64,000 nucleotides of DNA from the NCBI GenBank assembly GCA_017499595.2, contig JAFIQS020000014.1, forward strand, positions 124,001 to 188,000, read 5' to 3'. How positions within the stretch are numbered: position 1 is the stretch's first letter; each line of letters starts with the position of its first letter. The notes beneath the pieces were generated by a model that was not told the origin of the DNA, made no database searches, and saw only the letters and a list, made by a program, of their open reading frames with translations. This document shows positions 49,016-59,926 of the stretch, in pieces. A program made the position numbers and the translations under genes. Source of the DNA: Psilocybe cubensis (lineage: Eukaryota).

Positions 49016-49288
49016 TCCTAGTCAACGTTTAACGTCAACGTTGAATTGAATTGAATTGAAATGAATGGACGGCGGAACACGGCTAACAGCATACCCAAGC
49101 CGAATGCCGCATGCCGGCATCAGCGCGGAGCTCAAAACCAAACTAAATTGGTTGAATTGTAAATTTATTTTTAGGAAATGCTTACATACGCTTGTTCTTG
49201 TTTGTCATTCATCGGTTAAACCAAAGGGTGGGTGCGGGGCTTTCTTTCGTTCCAAACTTGAACCCAAACCCAAACCCAAACCAACTGC

Positions 49289-49329
<41 letters not shown>

Positions 49330-49348
49330 GGAAAAAGGACAGTTTACG

Positions 49349-52300
49349 ATGGGGAGAAGGAAGATTGAGATCCAGCCTATCACTGTGCGTACCCTCATCG
49401 TTTTTCGTTTTTTCGCTTTGGTTTTGGTTTGGGGGGGACACGTTACACGTTTTAACACCCATATCCTCCTTCTCAACAGCACGAGCGCAATCGCTCCGTC
49501 ACTTTCCTCAAGGTAAGCATCTCCCTCTGCCCCTCTTGCTCGCCATCTGCTGCTCTGCGCGAAGGCGAAGGGGAGAGACCAAAAAACCTATTTTTGTGCT
49601 GATGTCTTGGCAAATTTTGGTCGCTATTCTTATTCTTATTATAACATTCCATCTCATACGATCATTCGCCCACGACACCGCGACTCTACTCGACTTTACC
49701 TGACTCGACTCGACGTGGTTGGTATGGATGGGCGTGGATAGAGGAAGAACGGGCTGTTCAAAAAGGCCTACGAGCTCGGCGTGCTCTGCTCCGTCGATGT
49801 AGCCGTCATCATTTTCGGTGCGTCCCCCCCCCCCCCCTCCTCCCCCTCCTCTTCTTCGGGCTGCCTGCCTGCCTGCCTGCCTGTCTGTCTGTCTGTCTGT
49901 CGAAGAGCATGTTGACTGATGGTATGCTATCCACCGCTACGCGTGTAGAAGACCGCCCAGGGCACGAGCTCAAATTGCACGAGTATAGCTCGTGCGATAT
50001 TCGCGATATTGTGCAGAGGCAGTTACGGGTACGTCTTTGTCTTGTCTTGTCTTTCCCCGCTCTCTTCCCGTCCTTAAGGGCTCACATTCTCATTCTCATT
50101 CTCATTCTCATGTCTTCAACCCTCCCCCCAAAACCCACAAATCAACAGCACCAAGGCGACATCGACGCCCGCACCCCATCCGACTTTTCCAACTCCACCC
50201 TCACAGCCCCCGGCAAATTCAATTCCATTTCAAACGACGGCGACGGCGACGCAGACGACGACGATGGCGAGGAGGAGGAGGATGTGCCGCTGTCGATGTC
50301 TACGGCGGCGGGGGGGAGAGGATCGGGTTTGGGAGGCGGATCGGGATCGGTGGGGGTGCGCGCGTCGAAGAGGCGGAGGGGGACGCGGATTGCTGATCAG
50401 GATGGGGATGTGAGTTTTTTGGGTTTTTTTTTTTTTTGGTTTTTGGTTTTGTGATTGTTTTGTGGTTGATTTTTGCTGATTTTTGGTTGATTTTTGCTGA
50501 CTTTTTTTTATTTTTGTTTTCGTCGTTGTCTTCTCCTTATCCTCCACTCCGCCATGGGTACATACACACCTCCACCTCCACCTCCGCCTACATACACATC
50601 TACGGATAAAGAGCGACTACATCCCCCCCTCCTCTCTACACCGCAACGGCCACTCCTCCTCCTCACACCACCACTCCTCCTCGCGACTCCCTCCTCCTCC
50701 AATGCCCTCCTCCTCCCACTCCTCCCGAGAACGCGAGCGCGAGCGCGATAGGGATCCAGCATCACTAATTCCACTTTCAAACGACCGCGGCTCTGCGCAT
50801 CCGTTCCATGGGTACGGGCAGGGGCAGGGTCAGGGGCCGGGGCAGGGGTATGGGCAAGGGTATGCGTACGGCCATACGCGCGCTGCGAAGAGGCAGCGTA
50901 CGACGTTGGGGCTTGATATGGATATGGACATGGATATGGATAGAGAGAGAGAGAGGGATATGGACTCAGGGAGCGATGTACCTGGTTCACGGGGGCCGGG
51001 GCCGGAGCTGTATTTGCCTGATCAACACCCTCACCCGCATCATGGGTATCCTCATCCGCACCAGCAGCAGCCGGGGAGGTTTAATAGGATGATCAGGCAG
51101 GCGCATCATACTGCTGCGGGGCCGGGGCCGGGGTCGATGGGTCCGCCTGCGCACCCGCATCCGCACGCGCATCATGGCGGGTATCATCCGCATGATATGC
51201 AAGGTGGAGGACCTGGTGGGCCAGGAGGGCCAGGACCCATGCCTGGGGGAGGAGGACCAGGAGGAGGAGGACCAGGACCAGGAGGAGGACCAGGACCAGG
51301 AGGAGCGTACACCCCGCTCTTCCCCGTTGGCCAGCCGCAGGATGTGACGCCTTCGTTTATCCCTTTGCATGCTTCTGAGTATGGGCATGGGCATCCGCAC
51401 CATTCGCATTCGCATTCGCATGTACATCACGTGCAGCAGCAGCATGAGTATGGGCATCAGACGCGCAGTGGGAATACGTATGGGCGGGATAGTGCTTATG
51501 TGTCGGGGGATGGGGGTGGGCCTGGGGCTGGGGGTGGGGCGAGGGGTGCTGCTGGAGGAGGAGCGGGAGGGAGGCCGTATATGGAACCGCAGTATGATCC
51601 GGCGTTGTACAACGCTACCGCCTCCCCTCCTCCTTCGTCGTCTGCCTCTGCGCTTCCGACTTCGGGGTCGTCGTCCGCGGCTGGAGGTGGTGCTGCGGCT
51701 TCGGGAGCGAATGTGCCTGGGAGCTTGGTCATTGGGTCTGGATCCAGTACGGGTGCCGGTGCAGGAATGGCGGTGGGCTCAGACGCTGGCACAGGCATCG
51801 GCACAGGAATTGGTGCGGGAACAGGCACAGCAAACAGAAGAGAAGAGCGCGCGGACATGTTCGATGCGTTTTTTGAAGCTGATCGGAGGAGGGCGTTGGC
51901 GGAGGCGGAGGCTAGCGCTCAGGCTCAGGTTCAGGGTGGGGTTGGGGTTGGGGTTGGGGTTGGGGTTGGGCAGAAAGGAGTGGGAGGGGGGCAGGGAGGG
52001 GGTGGGCAGAAAGGAGGAGCGGGAGGAGGAGGGGGAGGAGGGGGAGGGGGGTTGGAGTGGCCTAGTCATCAGGATGGGAGTGCGGCGGGAGGAGGGGGTG
52101 GGGAGGAGGGTGAGTGTTTTTCTTTTCTTTTTGTTTTGTTTTTTTGGTTTTGGGTCTTTTTTTGGTTTGGATTTTGAGGGGAGGGGAGGGAAAGAGGTAA
52201 GGGGGGTGGTTGTGTTTTTGGTTTTTTGTGGGATTTGGTTTTGTGGGATTTGGTTTTGTGGGTTCTTTTGAATCCGAGTTTCTCGAATTAAATTTTTTAC

Positions 52301-53800
52301 TTTTGGTTTCCTTTTTGGTTCCTGTCGTTCGTTCGTTCGTTCGTTTTTTTTTTTTTTTTTTCTTTTTCTTTTTTTTTATTTTTTTTATTATTTTTTTTTT
52401 CTATCTTCTATCTTCTATCTTTTCCCTTTGTTCCCTTTGTTCTTCTCTTTGTTTTTTTTTTTTTTTCTGCTCTGTTTCTGTTTCTGTATCTCTTTTTTTT
52501 TCTTTTGCCTTTTTCTCGATGCCGCTTTATACCCATTTTTTTTTAAAAAAAAACACTTACTGACGCCTCGATCCATTTCCTTATCACATTGACAGGCTCA
52601 GCGCAGCATCTTGTATCTTCCAACTCGGGACCTAACGCGAATGCGAATGCGAATGCGAATTCAGCGGGCGGAGGGGGGGATGGGGGGAGCTGGTTTGATG
52701 TTTTCTCGGGGACTGGGACTGGGAATGGAACAAGCACCTCGGCATCAACCTCCAACGCGAATCGCAGCGGGAATGTCAGCGATAATCGGACCGCGCAGCC
52801 GGTTTCTGCACCGGTATCTGCACCAGCTGCACCGGTATCAGCACCTGCACCTGCACCAGCACCAGCACCAGCAACAGCGCCGCAGAGTGCGAGTCAGAGT
52901 CCGAGTGAAAATCCCGCTCAAGGGCAGGCGCAAGGACAAGCGCAAGCGCAGGGTCAAGCGCAAGCGAGGGAAAAGGGTAAAGGCAAGGCAAAGGCGAAAC
53001 CGAAGGCGAAAGCAAAAGGAAAGGCAAAGGCAAAGGGAACAGGAAAAGGCAAAACCGCAGATGAGGAGTTGGAGGGTGAAGCTGTAGCTGTAGCTGGAGG
53101 CGGAGGTGGAGATGGAGATGGAGATGGAGATGGAGGTGGAGATGGAGATGGAGATGGAGGTACGGCGGAGGCTGCTTCGTCGGAGTCTGTGGAGGCGCCA
53201 GCAGCAGCAGCGGGGGCGGCGGTGGAAAACTCGGACTCGAGCTTGGACTTGAACGTGAAGGGTGCATCTGGATCTGGATCTGGAGCGCGGGATACGCAGA
53301 CGCAGACGCAGACGCGGGAGTCTGTAGCTGTAGCTGAGGTTGAGGTTGAGGCTGAGGCTGAGGCTGAGGCTGAGGCTGAGGCTGATGAAGGCGAGGAAGG
53401 TAAAGGAGGAAAAGGAGGCACAGAATCCCAGGGAAATGCGCTAGCGCCCACTGTTGGTGCGACTTTGAGCGCGGGGGGTGACGGTGAAGCAGACGGAGAT
53501 GGTGACGGAGACGGTGGAGGAGAGGCGGATGGCGACGCCGACGCCGACGCCGACGCGGATTTAGATGCAGACGCGGATTTAGATGCTGATGCGGATGCTG
53601 ATGCAGACGACGACGACGACGACGCCGAGGCGGATGAAGATGGGGTTAGCGGGGACACAGTGAGCGCGGGGGCGGGGGCGGGGGCGGGGGCGGGGGTACA
53701 GCGCGTGTCGCCTAGTGCGTTTATTAGCGAGGTTATGAAGGGGAATGTGGATGTGAATGTGAATGTGAAGGGTGAGGGTGCTGGTGAGGGCGGGAAGTAA
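49349..53800 (+). CDS. MADS-box transcription factor, MEF2/Rlm1 type, with long low-complexity C-terminus (exons approx. 49349-49384, 49480-49512, 49742-49817, 49949-50028, 50149-50409, 50612-52109, 52596-53800)
   Basis: Spliced N-terminus [48 protein letters not shown] is a canonical MADS domain. Downstream exons join in phase. Confidence 0.92.
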
Positions 53801-54654
53801 AGGTCAGGGTGAGGGCGGGAAGTAAAGGTCAGGGTGTGTAGGTCCATGTGGATCCGTCCATCCCATCCAATTCACGCTGCTGTCGTCGTCGTCGTCGTCG
53901 TTGTTGTTGTTTTTTTTTTTTTTTTTTGTTTCCCTATTTTTTGCTCCTGTTCGTTTTTTCTTGTAAAAATGTCGGTTGATCTCGATTTGAATTTCGATTT
54001 CGATTTTTCCGATTTCGATTTTTCCGATTTCGATTTCGATTGTTCGATTGTTCGACAAGTCGCCCCACCCACGGCGCGCGTGTTCTTGGACTCGGGCGTG
54101 AATTTGGACACTTTCAATTCGCGTTTGTGTCTGTCTGTCTGTCTCACTCGCTCATCTCCCCTGTTTGCTTCCCTACCATGGCTTGTTGTTTCGTTTTCCC
54201 CCGTTCAATATTCAATATTCAATCTTTGTTCACGTACTACTCGCCTGATTTACCCCTCACACACGCACATACACACACACACACGTGTATACTCGTCTCA
54301 CGCTCTCCTCGCCTTTTTTCGCATCGTCGACAATCTTTCCTCCGTCCGTCCCTCTGTCCTTGCTTCTCTTCTTCTCTTCTAGGTTTTTTGCCACTTTGAA
54401 AATCGAGGCGGATTTTATGAAGTAACGAGTGAATGAATGTTGGATTGTTCATGTGATGCAATATGTAGTACGGTATGGTAGGTTCGTACGAGATGGTTAG
54501 TTTACGGTTTACGGTTTACAGTTACGCTCTACGTTCTACGTTACGTTCTACGTCTTTTCAAAAATGCTCTCTTCACCCGTTCTCTTTTCTTCTGCCTGAT
54601 TGTCTTTTCTTTATTTTTTTTTACTGTTATAAAGTATACAATGCCCCCCCACCC

Positions 54655-55025
54655 ACCCCATATTGGGCACCCAGTCCAGACTCCACGATCTCGCCAAGCG
54701 CGTCGCTGCCGTCTTTTGCTAACAAACAATGCCGTACTGTAGTGTCAATGTGCGTGAGGTAATTTGAGAATGGGAGATTACGGAAATTGGTCTGATGTAG
54801 CCTCGTGCTGTTCATTTTCACTATCACCCTTTCAAAATTCAAGGTGAATGGGCCCAGGTATCCACACTGGTTCGCGCCAACTGGTACTGTGAGGAATGTT
54901 GATTAGATGGAATTGGTTTACCACTCAAGCTATTAGAGTGTTGATGAAACGTACGTCTTGGCGTGAAAATGCCGAGGTTCTGAATCTTCAAGCTCGGCAA
55001 AGAGTCTCGACATTTCTGTGCATCG
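54655..55025 (-). pseudogene. Inverted, truncated relic of a Vps62-like gene (closest to copy 2)
   Basis: Minus strand shows IFTPR|GTACGT, CAG|TACCAGTTGGCGCGAAC, LAKDGSDALGEIV and TGGGTGCCCAATATGGG with frameshifts. The 3' half is missing. Confidence 0.85.
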
Positions 55026-55398
55026 CTGAGCTCCGAGGTTTCCCTGCTATTGACCAATCTCAAAAAGTGACTTTGTCCACTCTTAACCTTAACCGATCTC
55101 TTACGTCTGCCGTGCAATTTGTCGCCTTGTCAGACGAATTAGATGTTGGCGCAGTCTTTGGTGCTAGTTGGTTGACTGTTTGTAAAGCCTAAAAACTGCG
55201 TGTCTGGATTTTTTTTAGGCGTATTCATACTTATAATTCCGCAGTATCTGATCCTCGAAGCCTGATAATGTTTTTTTTGCCTACGGATTGCTTAATTACA
55301 TGCCTTGGAACAATATTCAAAGAGTGTAGATTATATAGTAATCAAATTGTAATTAAATGAATGTGGGTTAGAATTGCATCTTCAAAAATCCGAAAGGT

Positions 55399-55836
55399 GG
55401 AGCTTGAACTCGTTTAGGTGTGCCGAGGTATGGCTGCCCAAGTGGGGAAATATTCCCCGTAAACTTATTTAGGTATTTTTCTTACTGCGTGAATTTGTAA
55501 AAAATATGTTGGAGTGCGGAAACATTTTTTGAGTGCGCAGATTGTTTTCTAGCTTAGCCGTAAATATATTTGATTGCGCGGAAACATATTTGACTGCGCG
55601 GAAACATATTTTGGACATATTTTGCTAGCGCACGTAAATTTCTACTGCCCTCAATTACATTTAATGCATAAATACTGTGCGCGTAGATACATTTTGTGCC
55701 GCAAACAAATCTTTCGATGCGCGGAAAACATTGTTCAGTTGCACTATTTCTAGCCTAAAGTGACCAGCCGTTATGCCGAGATTATGTAAAATGATCAAAA
55801 ATGGCACCTCGGCAAACGCAAATTAGTTCAAGCTCC
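55399..55836. mobile_element. Possible MITE / inverted-repeat-bounded relic
   Basis: ~31-bp imperfect inverted repeats GGAGCTTGAACTxxTTTxxGTxTGCCGAGGT. Internal TGCGCGGAAACATATTT repeats. No TSD found. Confidence 0.5.
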
Positions 55837-56149
55837 GATTGTTCTCTACAAAATAAATAGCTATTCTCTATTCATTACCACTTTATAGAGAAGTTTAACA
55901 GCTTCTTTAATAGTATATATGTGTTAAATACACACTACAGGTCACTTTGAGGACTCCCCATCAATAGTACAGCCTGTACGCCATTTAAGACAGCTCTGGC
56001 ACTATGTGAAAACCACCGTGGGAAAGACATCAATCAGTACATCTGTGTGTGTGGTATGCTGACTATCGTCGTTACTGACGTGATGCGGGAATTTCCATAG
56101 AATTCCATGGAATTTAAAAATCACGTGTTACACATGGTATACGTGCCTC

Positions 56150-57062
56150 GCGGCACTCCAGTGCTGCACCTCTGTGCCACTCCGGTGAAGCAGACCTGCG
56201 GCACTCCAGTGGTGCAGATGTGCAGCACTCCGGTGATGCAAGGGGGTGCCGGGGTTCAAAAAAAAAACACGACCTCATATTTTTTATTTCGAGGTAATTT
56301 GGGCAACCTACCTACCTCGTGACCATTACATAACGATCAAAATCGCCTAAAATGGGAATTGCCAAGGGCCAAGACATTGAACTTCATCAAAATTCACTCA
56401 ATTTCCCGACATCGGACAGGTCAAAGTGTAAATAAGTAATTATAGAACTAATTACAACCCCGTTTGCTCCCTTTACATGTGTGGCACACCCATGTCTTTG
56501 AGACAGCGTCCAGACGGTAAATCAATGATCTCAGTCAAAATCAGGTCAAATATCTGTGTTGTTTGAAGCCCGGCCACCTATCATGAAGATTTTAACCTGA
56601 ATTTCAACGAGATTGGCATTGTGTTTGTTTAAAAACATAATTTGTCTATGAAATACAGTCCAAAATGCTCTAAACTTGATTACAGACAACTTTGGACCGT
56701 GAAATTCCTCAGAAATTAGACAAAAAAAATATGGTACATTTTTTTTTTGGGGGGGCTGATCGGCCAACCTACCTACCTAGGTGGTGTCCGAATTTTGAAC
56801 ACCGGCACCCCCTTGCGGTGATGCAGACTTGGGGCACTCCAGCGGCACCCCGGTGATGCAGACCTGCAGCACTCCGGTGATGCAGACATGCGGCACCCCG
56901 GTGATACAGACTGGCAGCACTCGCAGCACTCCAGTGGTGCAGGCCTGCAGCACTCCGGTGATGCAGACGTGCGGCACCCCGGTGATACAGACCGGCAGCA
57001 CTCTAGTGGTGCAGGCCTGCAGCACTCCGGTGATGCAGACGTGCGGCACTCCGGTGATGCGC
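56150..57062. repeat. Minisatellite of ~21-bp unit TGC(A/G)GCAC(T/C)CCGGTGATGCAGAC, interrupted by a MITE
   Basis: Tandem units at 56150-56238 and 56816-57062. Confidence 0.85.
56239..56815. mobile_element. hAT-type MITE (577 bp)
   Basis: TIRs CAAGGGGGTGCCGGGGTTCAAAA / TTTTGAACACCGGCACCCCCTTG. 8-bp TSD CGGTGATG. Confidence 0.85.
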
Positions 57063-58192
57063 CTACCTTTCTTTAAACTCAGAATGACACACTTAGTCGC
57101 ATGTTGACGGGCGTTGTCTGTGGCTGCCACTACCCCCACCACGCCACAGTGCGTTCAACCGCAAACGAGGGACGACGCAGAATGTACTGGTGGACAACAA
57201 GGGGGGACCCATGTAGGGGAGGCCCTGATGGTGAGTCACACAAGTACACACTGTTTTATATATTGCACACTCATGCATCCCAACAGTCCAGTTGACGAAG
57301 AATGGGTCCCGACTGACAGCAAGAGCTCGTTGTTGCATGGCTGATCCCACACCCTTCACAACAAGCGACAGAACGACTTCCTCGTCACGCACCCGTTGAC
57401 AAAACAGCAGTGTGTTGTGTACCATCGGGCACCAGCATTCAGACGGTAGGCAGCCCATGGCGTTCTTACACCACCCCCAGATGCAAACTAGTTCAGGCAG
57501 ACCCTCCATCAGAGCATACAGCTCTTTGTATGTTGACTGTGTACTTTGCAACGTGCATATTGTCTTCATTCCCGCAGAAAATCTACTATAGAGGTGTCAA
57601 ATGGGCTTTTTTCCGCCGGAAAGAAATCACTATTATTAAAGCACAAGTCAGAGGTGGCAGCGCACTACTGAAGCGCTCAAAGATCCACATCATCAAGACT
57701 CAGAAGGACAACATCAACAAGTACGCTGCATTCCATCTTTCATTTTGGATCCACACTAATAACTGCCCGGATGGAATTATTCCCTTTCTCTTGATCACAT
57801 AAGACAGTTTATTTATAACGTACATTACCTAAGATTTAATAATAAGGATATTACGTGAGACACGGTGGATTTACTCCCGCTACCTAATTAGGAGATTAGC
57901 GTGATGTACGTGTGATTTATCCTGGCAAATCATAGCGTACATGACGTGCCATTTAGCACTAAATGGAGCCGCCGGGTGGCATGCGGGATCCGCGTGTCGG
58001 GCTGCACGGGAAAAACACGGGCCGCAAATGAACCGGACGGGTCCATCTACATCCCGTGTATTGCAAGCAGACGGATCCGTTTTGACCCGTGTTGTGCTGT
58101 CAGACGGACCCATTTGACCCGTGTCTTCCCAGAGAGGGAGGGTTATTTATGGGGTATTGCAAGTCAATGAGCACAAGGGCTCCAAAAATAAT

Positions 58193-59443
58193 TTATTCAT
58201 CTCTACCGGTATACAAATGCTTTTCCAAACTCGATTCAATCCCTGCCAGCCCAGCGTCAATTTCCTCCAGCGCATTATAAGTCAGAATCTCTGACTGCAG
58301 CTGATGCAGCCGGAGGTTCTTGAACATTGTAACCTTTCCGTCATAACTACTGTCGCCGACGGAACTGTCAATTATTTGGTCGTATGTTGCCCGTAGCTGC
58401 TGCTCAGTATAATTCTAAAATAGTTGTCAGTATCTAGTGCTTGGTAATATCTGAGTACATACATATAGAAAAGGAGGGTTAAAATACGCCGTCTGATCTG
58501 TTACATTCTCGAACTCAATGTCAGACTGGGTGGGAGGCGAACCAGGGTAGCCGCCCATGGGATCAAACCTGCCGTAGGTTCGAAAATAAGGGTTTTGAAG
58601 GAGCAGGTGGCATGCTTCAGGGGGTGGAGAATAGCGACCTTGCTTCCTCTCAGAGGAAATAGCTGGACGAGAGTCCATAATGATTTTGTCGACGACAGAC
58701 GTGTATGAAACATGTGCTGCCATCAACGGCGGAGCCGCATCATCCCGGATGACAGGCATAGGTGGAGGATCCAGGGTATCTGAAATAACAGGCATAGGGG
58801 GAGGATCCAGGGTAGGTGGAATGACAGGCATAGGGGGAGGAGCTAGGTTATTTGGAATGATTGGCATTGGCGGCGGAGCCAAGTCGTTCCGGATGACAGG
58901 CATTGGCGGCGGAGCCGTGTCGTTCCGGATGACTGGCATTGGCGGCGGAGCCAGGTTAGCTGGAATGACTGGCATAGGGGGTGGAGCCAGGCTAGCTGGA
59001 ATTACTGGCATTGGCGGCGGAGCCAGGTCTTTCCGGATGACTGGCATAGGGGGCGGAGCCAGGTTAGCTGGAATGACTGGCATAGGGGGTGGAGCCAGGC
59101 TAGCTGGAATTACTGGCATTGGCGGCGGAGCCAGGTCTTTCCAGATGACTGGCATAGGGGGCGGAGCCAGGTTAGCTGGAATAACAGGCATAGGGGGTGG
59201 AGCCAGGTTAGCTGGAATTACTGGCATTGGCGGCGGAGCCAGGTCTTTCCGGATGACTGGCATAGGGGGCGGAGCCAGGTTAGATGAAATGACTGGCATA
59301 GGGGGAGGAGCCAGGTTAGCTGGAATAACAGGCATAGGGGGTGGAGCCAGGTTATCTGGAATGACTGGCATTGGCGGCGGAGCCAAGTCATCCGTCCTTG
59401 CTGTGCGTTTGCTTTCCTTAGAGTTGCTAATATTTGAAGACAT
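58193..59443 (-). CDS. Hypothetical protein with ~18 tandem 12-aa xxLAPPPMPVIx repeats (5' end uncertain, may extend to ~59790)
   Basis: 36-bp tandem repeat 58720-59395 in an open frame. An intron after PPFLY joins a last exon NYTEQQLRATY...LEKHLYTGRDE*. Confidence 0.65.
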
Positions 59444-59926
59444 TGCTGATGCTCAGAAATCAATTTAAATTTACTTGAATTAATGCAATTAGTCTTACAT
59501 TTTATAGGTTTTACGGGAGGAGGTTCCTTCAGTTTTTTGAGAAGCCTGGTAAGATTGTTGAGACTGGTGTAGTCAATGGGGGAATTTTTGCTAGAGGTGG
59601 GAATAAAGTTGTAGGAGGACATACAGTCCAGAAAGTGCAACTGGGTGGGCTTGTTTATATATCTCACGGAATACAATACTATCCGAGGATTCTCCATGAC
59701 ACGGAAATAGATTCACCCGTGTATCGAACTTAGCAACTTTTGCACAAACTGGATCTGGTGAAGAAATCACATGACTCAGATTGTACATGTTTGTGTATGG
59801 TTTTGTTTTGCGGGACCGCTTTTTTTTAGACTTTTTTTAGACTAACTCCAACCACGATCACCACCCCACGTTCTACCGTGCCTCACCCATTAACGCGTCT
59901 TCCCCCCAAAAAAAAACGCTTTCCCA

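Noticed and set aside
50230-53847. Long minus-strand and alternate-frame ORFs over the MADS gene
   Set aside because: Shadows of low-complexity, stop-poor coding sequence.
56150-57062. CRISPR-like array or coding ORFs (GTPVMQTC repeats)
   Set aside because: Units are contiguous with no unique spacers, in a eukaryotic context; the ORFs are by-products of a 21-bp minisatellite.
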